A DNA stretch of 63,390 bases, counting the filler, from Pelomyxa schiedti (taxonomy: Eukaryota; Protista; Evosea): NCBI GenBank assembly GCA_020536535.1. It is 23 parts of 23 records of this genome, joined end to end, with 100 filler letters (N's around TTAATTAATTAA, not from the genome) between each part and the next. Parts side by side here need not be neighbours in the genome. Positions count along the whole stretch, not along the records: positions 39,258 to 47,173 come from JAHLWZ010001335.1; positions 47,274 to 49,536 come from JAHLWZ010000228.1; positions 49,637 to 50,858 come from JAHLWZ010002677.1; positions 50,959 to 52,169 come from JAHLWZ010002695.1; positions 52,270 to 56,987 come from JAHLWZ010000194.1; positions 57,088 to 60,277 come from JAHLWZ010001807.1; 17 more parts are not named here. One strand, written 5' to 3'. A program made the position numbers and the translations under genes. Below the pieces are notes generated by a model, which saw only the letters and a list, made by a program, of their open reading frames with translations, ran no database searches and was not told the DNA's origin. Of this stretch, positions 46,643-57,357 are shown piece by piece (within the stretch, counting starts at the first letter, position 1; every line of letters begins with the position of its first letter).

Positions 46643-47273
46643 CGCTCACTCAAACTGTTTGAAATTGTGGGTTCTCGTGAAATACGCGTGGTGCTCACTC
46701 GCAGGGTCGATGATGACTTTTCGATGTCACCCGAAACAAACGGAAAAAAGTGATGTCAGAGACAGCAAAAAATGGAGCTTCTCAGACACATTAAGTTGAA
46801 AGCATGGAGGTATCATAGAAAGTAAGGTAAAAAATCATCCTGAAACCCGCCCCACAGTTCGTTGTCTCCTCTTGGAGCGATAAAAAAGTCTGTGGAACGG
46901 GGCTGGTTTTTCGATGATGGGTCCGGATTGTGTGCCTACAAACGGGATTTGGTTTTTATTATTCTCTATTGTTTTTAGTGTGGTTGTGCCAGATTGTACA
47001 ACAGGGCGAGTGTTGTAAGCAGTACGAGAAGGAGTGTAACTGGCCCATCGCTAGGGGCTGGGGATGAGGGTGTCAATGTGCATGTGTCCATCCACTGGCA
47101 ATTTGTGAATCCAGTGTTCACTCCAATGCAAGTGTGTATACATACTGCCGAGTCATAGCAAGCTTCAGCAATGNNNNNNNNNNNNNNNNNNNNNNNNNNN
47201 NNNNNNNNNNNNNNNNNTTAATTAATTAANNNNNNNNNNNNNNNNNNNNNNNNNNNNNNNNNNNNNNNNNNNN

Positions 47274-47660
47274 TCCCTGGCAGGCCTCAGCACCCATTCG
47301 TTGGCCCACATCCTGAACAACACAGTTTGTGTCCATTGGACCAGTGTTTTTGCTGCTGTTGCGTGTGTGGCTTCTGTTGATGTTGATGTCGTTGCTTTGT
47401 GTGATGACACCGATGTTGGTGGTGGCAGTTGTTGTGACGGTTGGGGTTTGGACCGGCGTTTTCCGCCTCGGTGGCGACGGCGTCGTTGAGGTTGCGGTTG
47501 CGGTTGTTGTGGAGGGGGTTGGGGCTGCTCAGGTCGCCGGGCGATTATGGGAGCGCAGCAGAGCGCCAGGATTGGAACTTGGCTGTGGTCGCGCAAGGCA
47601 ACACTTTGGTCGATTTGATTTCTGTCATTGTCGGTTCGTCTTTGATCAAAAAACTGTAGT
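47274..47660 (-). pseudogene. 5' part of an ARxQ-family copy (third in a tandem array), apparently degenerate
   Basis: LALCCAPIIARR...LVQWTQTVLFRMWANEWVL parallels 47703-49176; no clean ATG is visible. Confidence 0.65.
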
Positions 47661-47702
47661 TTTTTGTTTGTTTTCCTCAAGGAGGATGGAGTGCATGAAG
47701 GG

Positions 47703-49176
47703 TCAGTAGTAAAAGGAAGCTGTTGGGTCAAAGTAGTATTTTGGGTGAACTGGAACAGAAATATCAGCAATGTGAGAACCAGTGGGGCCATCATGGAGCT
47801 TGAAAATAATTTCAGTCGCTTTGGAACTGTGCCAGAAGTTGTGAGTTGTGGAAATGATGAGGCCTGACTGTGCACTGGGAAGTGACCATGTGCATGGAAC
47901 AGAGAGTGACGCTGCTGCAAGTTTGTNNNNNNNNNNNNNNNNNNNNNNNNNNNNNNNNNNNNNNNNNNNNNNNNNNNNNNNNNNNNNNNNNNNNNNNNNN
48001 NNNNNNNNNNNNNNNNNNNNNNNNNNTGTGCCAGAAGTTGTGAGTTGTGGAAATGATGAGGCCTGACTGTGCACTGGGAAGTGACCATGTGCATGGAACA
48101 GAGAGTGACGCTGCTGCAAGTTTGTCAATGGTGTTGTAAACCTGGAACAACTGTTTCTGATGGGGCAACTGAGAAAGATAAGCATGATTCTTGCTGATTG
48201 GTGTCACCTGAGGGAACTCTGGAAAATGATGCTGCTGCTTGAATGTTGCACAGTCGATGAGGCTAGATGATTTACTAATAGTTTTATACAGTGCGTAGGT
48301 TGCGCCATCAGGCATCCACATCACACCTTGCGGCCAAGTCTCGCCACACTTAATGGTGGATGTTACAACTGTTTCCTGTTCTCTGAAACTTGCTTCCAAG
48401 TCAACAAAGTGGAAGCAGCAGATGCCTGTTTTCGTTGTTGTCAGCACAATCACGGTGTCATCACTGAATGGTGAGAACTGCAAACTTCCAGCAGTAATTT
48501 CTCCATTGGAAAAGAACTGCTCTGGCTCAACTGGGTCACCATTGACAACCTTCACAACCCAGAGTGTCTCATCCCTCGGAAAACCCACAATCCACTCCCT
48601 GTTGCACTTCACATTCATAACAGGAGTCCTGAAGAAGCACTGTTTGCAGCTCAAGGGCCATTCACGCAGGTCCAAGACACTGTACTCATACCACGACATG
48701 AACTTATCACCAACACACCCCCTATTTGATCCAGAACAGAATTCTTTCACCAGGACCTTTCCATCACCCACACAGCCACACACATCCCTCCCACAATGAG
48801 TGAACCAGTGGACACCGACGATGCCAAGTGTCGGCGAAACGCTCACAGATATCACCTGCGTGACCCTTTCGGATGCCTCGACGATCTTCTTCAATGGCAG
48901 CTCGAACAGAGCATCAGAGTTTGACGTGAGGACCCAGTCCTCAGCCCACGTCCTGAACATTTGTGATTGTGCCCATTGTACCAGCGACGGCGATGGCAGG
49001 CGTTTTCCTCGAGAATGAGAGCCGCCGTTGATGCGCCGTTGTGCGATAATGGGAGCACAGCAGAGGGCCAGGGCCTGCGACCTGGCGGTTGTGGTCGCTT
49101 TTGACAATGGGAAAACAAACAACTTGTCACTTGGAAGTTGTTGAGTCTGGTTTTGTTGTGAGTGCTGCTGCCCCAT
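47703..49176 (-). CDS. Intronless ARxQ-family protein with MGQQHS (possible myristoylation) start; spans a scaffold gap
   Basis: TARSQALALCCAP..MFRTWAEDWVL..SVSPTLGIVG..CNREWIV..FVDLE..SGLII..LHDGPTG. Confidence 0.85.
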
Positions 49177-49296
49177 GTGATTTTGGCCAATGATTCGGTG
49201 AAGTTGATGGTGATTAAGTCAAAACAAGTTTGTTGTTTTTTCAACTATTCATCATTCCAGAGAAATCGTGATCTTTCTACCAATACAAAAACAGGT

Positions 49297-49536
49297 TCAA
49301 AAGGAGGGTACTGGGGCAAAGCGGAACTCAGGGTCTCTGAGCATCACACAGATGTCTGCAATGTGAAAACCAGTGATCCCATCATGTAGACTGAACTGAA
49401 CTTCAGCCACAGTTACATTGGAACTTGGGGTGTGACGGTCAGCATAACAAAAGCTGTGTGTTGTTGAAATGATGAGGCCTGACTGGCTGGGTAGTGACCA
49501 CGTGCATGGAACACAAAGTGATGCCGCAGCAAGGTT
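49297..49536 (-). CDS. 3' end of an upstream tandem ARxQ-family copy
   Basis: LAAASLCVPCTWSLPSQSGLIISTTH...LHDGITGFHIADI..FAPVPSF* matches the C-terminus of the adjacent gene. Confidence 0.8.
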   Translation of the reverse strand, partial: NLAAASLCVPCTWSLPSQSGLIISTTHSFCYADRHTPSSNVTVAEVQFSLHDGITGFHIADICVMLRDPEFRFAPVPSF

Positions 49537-49739
49537 NNNNNNNNNNNNNNNNNNNNNNNNNNNNNNNNNNNNNNNNNNNNTTAATTAATTAANNNNNNNN
49601 NNNNNNNNNNNNNNNNNNNNNNNNNNNNNNNNNNNNCTCAACCTGCCGTTTATTGTCATTGGGTTCGACTCACACAGCAGAGAATCCTCCGATAAAGGTC
49701 TATTTGATTCCTACTTGTTTTTCCGGGGAAAATTTTACC

Positions 49740-50560
49740 GTTTCATAATACTTGGCACAAAAAGGGGCGTATCCTGCAAACATATATACTTGTATCTTAG
49801 CGCTTAAAAACCAAGAGTTTTTCTGTACCTTAAACAGAATAACTCCACAAATCCACATTTTTCAGTGTAAGATTTTCGGTTCGGGTTAAAAGGGGTTACA
49901 GTATTTCAAGAGATACCTAAATTCAACAATTAGAACAGGAAAATGGGGAAGGGTCTAGGATTACCTTCGGAGCCAGAAAATAGGAGACCCACAGCATATC
50001 AGACGAGACTCTGTGGACTCTCCAAAGGATTTTGGATTTGCACGCTTTAAGGAAGTTAGAAAATCAAAAACCTACACCACATAATCATACCGCCGCAACT
50101 TTCAATACCAACACTTTATCTTCCAAATGGAGCAATAGATTGTGGGGCTTGGTTATAACAGTAAAAGTAATGAGGAGCCAGAACAACCTTCAGATCAAAA
50201 TAAGAAGGAAAAGTAATGGCAGAGGTAATTATGTTTTTATTGTGAAGTTCGAGGACACCCCATGCTATATCGGTATGGTTTATTGATAAAGACCTTGGAA
50301 ATTCGACTGTTGCACCAAGTTGTCCCATGAAGAATTTAGCCTCGTTCTCACACTCTTTCTTTATGTGGGTGTCCATATCATCATTGTTGCAGTACTCAAG
50401 AACAAGATAGAAAGTGTTGCACTCAGGTGAACTGAGCAATATGTGTAATTTTAAGACAAGACCTTTGATGGTTACGGGCACGCCTTGTACCTGAAGTAAA
50501 CCACAGCGTTGGTTGGACAAGTGGGATTCGTACACTCGTCATTTATCGTGAAAAAATGAT
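49740..50560 (-). pseudogene. Degenerate Ser/Thr kinase (ULK/CAMK-like)
   Basis: FYLVLEYCNNDD..EAKFFMGQL, LHNKNII, ICCGSP, MWICGVILF, MFAGYAPF; HRD and DFG are not intact and stops intervene. Confidence 0.6.
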
Positions 50561-50958
50561 CTCCTCCTTCGTGCATTGCATGGCAAATGTGGGTGGTGCC
50601 AGGGACTACTGTGAACACACACAAAAATAAGTTTCTCCAAAGGTATGACGATGACGTGGGGTAACTGCCTGGCAGCCAGACAGTCCCTCCCGTGCCTAAC
50701 GCATAATCAAATACAAGTTTCGAATCACAAATCTAAAACACACTGACGCCCTTTCTGTCATGTCTACCACAACAACACCCACAACAGAGAGCAGCGCCGA
50801 AAACTCGACGACACAAACAGCGGGTGCGAGGAGCCGCTTGTTTTCGCCTCACTCTCAANNNNNNNNNNNNNNNNNNNNNNNNNNNNNNNNNNNNNNNNNN
50901 NNTTAATTAATTAANNNNNNNNNNNNNNNNNNNNNNNNNNNNNNNNNNNNNNNNNNNN

Positions 50959-52169
50959 AGAAATTGAAGCAAGTCAGAAATTGATGAATAAACGCAATAA
51001 AAAGGGTTGGGAGCAGTTACACACAAACTAAACATGTCACAGAGTGAAGCAAAGAGAGAGAAATTGAAGCAAGTCAGAATTTGATGAATAAACACAATAA
51101 AAAGGGTTGGGAGCAGTTACACACTGACTGAGTTTATCACAGAGCGAAGAAAAGAGAGAGAAATTGAAGCAAGTCAGAATTTGATGAATAAACGCAATAA
51201 AAAGGGGTGGGAGCAGTTACACACTCGCTGAGTTTATCACAGAGCGAAGAAAAGAGAGAGAAATTGGAGCAAGTCAGAATTCGATGAATAAACAGGGTTG
51301 GGAGCAGTTACACACTGACTGAGTTTATCACAGAGCGAAGAAAAGAGAGAGAAATTGAAGCAAGTCAGAATTAGATGAATAACGGCAATAAAAAGGGTTG
51401 GGAGCGATTACATACATACTAAACATTCCACAGAGTGAAGAAAAGAGAGATAAATTGAAGCAAGTCAGAAATTGATGAATAAACAGGGTTGGGAGCAGTT
51501 ACACACACACTAAACATAACAAATTACATACATACTAAACATTCCACAGAGTGAAGAAAAGAGAGATAAATTGAAGCAAGTCAGAAATTGATGAATAAAC
51601 ACCATAAAAAGGGTTCGGAGCAGTTACACACTGACTGAGTTTATCACAGAGTGAAGAAAAGAGAGAGAAATTGAAACAAGTCAGAAATTGATGAATAAAC
51701 GCAATAAAAGGGTTGGGAGCAGTTACATACTTCCTGAGTTTATCACAGAGTGAAGCAAAGAGAGAGAAATTGGAGCAAGTCAGAATTTGATGAATAAACA
51801 GGGTTGGGAGCAGTTACACACAAACTAAACATTCCACAGAGAGAAGGAAAGAGAGAGAAATTGAAGCAAGTCAGAAATTGATGAATAAACGCAATAAAAA
51901 GGGTTGGGAGCAGTTACACACTTGCTGAGTTTATCACAGAGAGAAGAAAAGAGAGAGAAATTGAAGCAAGTCAGAAATTGATGAATAAACAGGGTTGGGA
52001 GCAGTTACACACTCGCTGAGTTTATCGCAGAGTGAAGCAAAGAGAGAGAAATTGAAGCAAGTCAGAAATTGATGAATAAACAGGGTTGGGAGCAGTTACA
52101 CACACACTAAACATAACAAATTACATACATACTAAACATTCCACAGAGTGAAGAAAAGAGAGATAAATT
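50959..52169. repeat. Tandem satellite, 90-100 bp unit, about 13 copies, fills the whole contig
   Basis: Unit agagagaaattgaagcaagtcagaaattgatgaataaac(gcaataaaa)agggttgggagcagttacacac...acagagtgaagaaa recurs at about 50960, 51060, 51160, 51260, 51351 and onward. Confidence 0.97.
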
Positions 52170-52269
52170 NNNNNNNNNNNNNNNNNNNNNNNNNNNNNNN
52201 NNNNNNNNNNNNNTTAATTAATTAANNNNNNNNNNNNNNNNNNNNNNNNNNNNNNNNNNNNNNNNNNNN

Positions 52270-55200
52270 CCCCCCCGGCACCCCGCCCACAGCCCAGCAG
52301 CGCCGCGCCGCACACCCCCCCGCCGCAGCCGACGGCGACGACCCCATGATGGCCGACGCGCCCCACACCCCCACCGCCGCAACCCCCACGGCGAGGGGGG
52401 CAGCCACCGCGAGTGCCGCGAGTGCAGCGAGTGCCACGACGAGCACGAGCACGAGCACGAGCACCAGCGCGAGCACGAGCACGAGCAGGCACGTGGAGGA
52501 CTTGGAGGAGAGGTACGAGGAGTGCCTGACGAGCGGGTTCTACGTCGTGTGCACGATGTGCGACAGCAAGCCGGCGGTGTCGGTCGCGCACGTGAGGCCC
52601 AGGTGCTCAGTGTGCCTCAGCGGCGCAATCGATGTATGTTATCGCTACCGGTGTTAAATTGAGGAATAAAATCCAAAAACCACCAAAAACCAAAACAAAA
52701 AAAGCAAAAAAAAACCAAAAACCATTTAATATACCATTGTTATTTTTAGGTTCCTGACAACGCGAGGAAACCGCGGTCATGGAATGAGTTGATGCCCGAT
52801 ACCCTCGATAATGCCTTGAAAGTACACTGTGATTGTTGTGCTGCCAGGGGGAGGAGAGGTGGATACCCCCCCTTTTTTTTTCTTTTGGATTTTTTTAACA
52901 GCGGCTTTTTAATCCAATAAGATCCATCTCCAATCGAGTACTTTGCAACATGTTCAAATTATATTGCGCAAACCATAAAGGAACAGTACCCAGACAGATA
53001 CCAACCTCGCAGGGACTTGTGCAAGTTAGAAGGGAAAGCCTTCTCACAAGTGAGTATTTCATGAATTTTTTACTTGATTGTTGTACTGTACTTTACAATG
53101 CCTACAGTACCTTTTTGAGAATACTCGAGGGAGACAATGTGTCATTTGTGAAGATGTCAATCCAGTGTGTTGTCCTTAATGCCACCCAAAGTGCAACCCT
53201 CTTAAGTTGCTCTTTTTTTGCAGAGGATGATTTGTCCCGCCAACCGGGATAATCAGAGGCACGAACTCACAGAAATAACTGAACACTCCCTCCTGACCAC
53301 AGTTCTATCATCCCAAGCGGGATACAAATGTGCCCAGTGTCAGGACCTATTCCGACGTGTATCCATGGCCTCTATGGTTGCTCACTGCTCCAAATGTGGT
53401 TACGGATACGACTTCTGCCCTTCATGCACTGCAAATCAAAATCCAGTTTGTCAAACCTCTTTCTTTTACGATCATTAAATCGCAGAAAAAAGGCTAGGTG
53501 TACTTCCGGGCANNNNNNNNNNNNNNNNNNNNNNNNNNNNNNNNNNNNNNNNNNNNNNNNNNNNNNNNNNNNNNNNNNNNNNNNNNNNNNNNNNNNNNNN
53601 NNNNNNNNNNNNAAATGTGGTTACGGATACGACTTCTGCCCTTCATGCACTGCAAATCAAAATCCAGTTTGTCAAACCTCTTTCTTTTACGATCATTAAA
53701 TCGCAGAAAAAAGGCTAGGTGTACTTCCGGGCACACCCTAACTAATGTGCGCTTTTCTGATCTCCACCAGCACTCCAACAGCACTTACCGTCTGGGATAC
53801 AAGTGCAAGCAATGCACCAAATTCTTTATGTTGGTGCGTGAAAACGTTTTTATCAAACCTGTTGAGCCAGTTGCAATTTGTAAAACGTGCACCTCTGGTG
53901 CATACCCAATATGTACTTCATGCTTCCGCACCACAAAGGTAGCTTCTGTCATATGTTCCTCTCACTTACTTTTGTAACAGAAATGCCCCAGCAACCATCC
54001 CCTCCAGCAAATTCATATGGGCGAGCTGAGTGAAACTAACAAAGCCTTTAAAAACGGGTTCATGTGCGAGGCCTGCCACTGTGAGTTCACCTTGAAAGGA
54101 GCGGCCTCGTACTGTCCCAAATGTCCTCTAGGAACGTACTTTCTCTGCCCTGTCTGCACAACAACCCGCAAGGTACGCCTGTCTATCATGCAGTAGAATT
54201 CATGAGATTTATGTACTCTAACTAACTCTTCTAACCAAGGCGATGTTATTCTTCCCGAAACCGTGTACACATTATGCATGCATTGACTGCTTTTGTGAAT
54301 GGTGGAATGTGAAGTTATCTGAGAGGAAATTTCCTTGGGATACAACTCGATTGCAGTACGGAGTCACTTGCCCCTGTGGGTGACTCTTTTGCCTCAAAAT
54401 ATAATCTAATATNNNNNNNNNNNNNNNNNNNNNNNNNNNNNNNNNNNNNNNNNNNNNNNNNNNNNNNNNNNNNNNNNNNNNNNNNNNNNNNNNNNNNNNN
54501 NNNNNNNNNNNNTTTGTGAATGGTGGAATGTGAAGTTATCTGAGAGGAAATTTCCTTGGGATACAACTCGATTGCAGTACGGAGTCACTTGCCCCTGTGG
54601 GTGACTCTTTTGCCTCAAAATATAATCTAATATAATAAATGATATTACTTATTTATAATATAATATCACTTAATCTTTTTACCACTAGCATGCTCTGTAT
54701 TTGTGGATCCACATCTACTACGGTTGCTTGGTGAGGATAAGTACCGGCTTTTCAATGAACTGTGCTCCTCAAAGGCACTCACAGTATGTTTCGAGCTCAC
54801 AAACTATTCTGACGAAATCAGAGCCCCACATTATCTGGGATTTACTGTGCAGTACCGGGTTGTTCTGAAGTTCCATTTATGACAGCCTCTTTGTCCGATC
54901 ACTTTGGGCAGTGCCCCAAATGCAAGGTACGGCTTCCTTTTGTGTGCAAGCCATACTAATTTCTTTGCAGAAGTTCACCTGTGTTGCTTGCTTGAAGTTG
55001 GCAAATATGTGCACGTGCGCCAATGTGGACCCAGCGTTAGTGGCCCGGTACAAAAAAGAAGTGCAGGGTAAGGAAAGACTACTCTAATCCCTGACTAACA
55101 TCTTTGGAGGCCATCTGCCAATGTGTAGATCTCAACAAATCCCAGTAAGGGAGAGGATGCGCACTGTCTCATTGAGAGGCCAGCAGACTTACACAATTAA

Positions 55201-55891
55201 TGTGTGGAACTGCTCGCTCTCCTTCCAAAACTCATTTTTTATTTATAGTATCACCTGGATGACACAATTGATGTACTCCGGTGCCTGTTTGAGAGGGATC
55301 ACCCTGATATTCCTTGCTACATGCAAAAACTGGTCTTCAGTGGCCAGGAAATGCCCTCAAACAAGCCGCTGAGGGCCTTCGGTCTGTCAGCCAGCACAAC
55401 AATGCACTTGATTCTTCTGTCAACAGCACAGCAAATGCCACCAAGGTATTCCCTAGTTCAAACTTATTTTCGATTATAGCACACTTACTTCTCCAAGGGA
55501 TCCAAACAGCAGACCAACTCCAGCAACTGGTGGGGATGCCTCTTTAATAGGAAAGCCCTGCCCGCAATGTCGAACTGTGGGAGTTCATTACAGGTTTCTA
55601 TTCTTCTACTACAAGTAGTACCCTAAAGTCACATTACAAGGGAGCACCACTGCCACCACATTAAGTGCCTACAGTGCAGTTACAACTATTGGTGTGTATT
55701 CTCCCACCACCATTGCACCTGGACACTACTGATTCTGTAATTTTCTGTGCTTGTGCAGCTATGTTTGCCTTGGTGCATATGAGGGATTCCCTGCAAAATG
55801 CAAGAACGGGTGCAAGCTGTGGTGCTCCAGGCAGTGTGACTGCCCTGTTTGCCCTGACTGCACTGACTCTTTCAAATGTGAGTATGCATAA
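52270..55891 (+). CDS. Parkin-like RBR E3 ubiquitin ligase (RING0, extra Zn fingers, RING1, IBR, RING2), multi-exon
   Basis: RING0-like GFYVVC..VRPRCSVC..PRSWNEL..FKLYC; RING1 CPVC..PCTHYACIDCF..KLSERKF..YGVTCPC; DPHLLRLLGEDKYRLF; IBR YCAVPGC..QCPKC..TCVAC; RING2 PCPQC..HCHHIKCLQC..YCYVC. Confidence 0.8.
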
Positions 55892-56029
55892 GGTCTACCA
55901 AAAATCTAGTAGCTTTTCGAAAACAGAATTCTGCTTTCGAAGAAACAAAAATCATCACTCAGAATAAAACAAACACCGGAGCGTCGTTTGCCGACGATAT
56001 CGAATTAATTCTGTTCTTTTATTCACCCA

Positions 56030-56987
56030 TCAGGAACCATGGGCCGGAGCAAGAAGAAGAACCGCAGCCGCAACATCACACCCACGACGCAAACGTCTAC
56101 TACTGCTTCGTCGTTGGTGCCGCGGCACCGCGTCCTCCCATAATCCACAATTGCCAAACCAGCAGCTTGGATCCACATCAAAGCATACCCCAATGGGCAG
56201 CGGGAGCCACTCGAGTTCGGGATGAGATCGGCTACATCTAATCAAAGTTTGGAAGATGACATTCAAAAACTCATTCAGTTCTCTCTTTTGTCATTAAGGA
56301 TTCTTCCTTCTTTTTGATTTGCTCGAATATTTGCTGAGCTTCTTCCTCAGCTTTCTTGGCTCTATTTCGGAGATCTATTGAGTTTTTGAATGTCATCTCA
56401 GGGAGAGAAAGGGAGAGAAATCTGAAAAAAGTGGAAGCACCTGCAACAAACGGACACAGATAACACGCTCCCTTTCAAAAAACTAGACCCACTAGCACTG
56501 GGTACATTGCCAAAAGGGAGCCCCACAGGTAATTCTCTCCATGAAACCACATAACTCTCAAAAGAAGTCCCTACTGATCTTGATGATGACCCGGGAATTT
56601 CGCTTCCCAGGAAGAGAGGCCTCACTTCTTGCCTCGTCACTTGACTCAGGACTGCACAAGTATCAACTACCTCTGAATCCCTCCACCATGCACACCCCGA
56701 AGCAAGTCCTGAAAATGAGGAGAACAATGGATTCATCCTTTTTCATCCTTCTGAGGGTCTTTGTCGTTTGTTAACCTCAGGATCTTCAGTGAGATCGACT
56801 CTGTTTTACGAGAAACTGACAGAAAAAGAAAAGTCTTTGAGGCAGGGAACTGATGTCGTCGTCGGGGTACGTTGAGGTTGAGACGTGGGGGGGCATGGAG
56901 GGGATTACTGTCACTTTTGCGTTCCTCTCTTTGTTGGCCTGCTCTTTCGTGTTCTCTTCGCTGTTGATTTCTGGGGTACGTTCATCA
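56030..56987 (-). CDS. 3' part of a low-complexity, charged hypothetical protein
   Basis: Open Ser/Glu/Lys-rich frames joined by a plausible intron near 56400-56440. Confidence 0.4.
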
Positions 56988-57204
56988 NNNNNNNNNNNNN
57001 NNNNNNNNNNNNNNNNNNNNNNNNNNNNNNNTTAATTAATTAANNNNNNNNNNNNNNNNNNNNNNNNNNNNNNNNNNNNNNNNNNNNAAGGTGAAAACTA
57101 CTGTGCGGAACTGCTAGAAAATTCGACCGAGCTACCGGCAAAGCTAACTTAAGTCTAAAACCTTTTCTAAAGGTGATTTCTATCCAATCCCTACGCGTTT
57201 TGCC

Positions 57205-57285
57205 ACATGTGCATGGAATGTGACGAGAGGCCACCATATGTGCAGTTGCAGCCTTGTGGCCACGTTGTCCTGTGCTCCCAGGTCT
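57205..57285 (+). pseudogene. Orphan RING exon duplicated from the 3' end of the adjacent MORN-RING gene
   Basis: About 70 nt nearly identical to 59788-59860 (CMECDERPPxVQLQPCGHVVLCSQ). Confidence 0.75.
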
Positions 57286-57357
57286 GTATTTTTCCCTTGT
57301 ACTGCATGACGAGAAAAAGCTTCAGGGTCTTACGACCAACCATTTTTCCCATCAACC

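Noticed and set aside
47820-48125. Direct repeat of about 100 bp either side of a 100-N gap
   Set aside because: Unmerged scaffold overlap: identical sequence flanks the gap.
50959-52169. Possible CRISPR array
   Set aside because: There are no unique spacers; the variable parts are two recurring alternatives. No cas genes are present and the context is eukaryotic.
53393-53732. Apparent exon duplication in the Parkin-like gene
   Set aside because: Identical sequence on both sides of a 100-N gap, so an assembly overlap. The same applies to 54291-54632.
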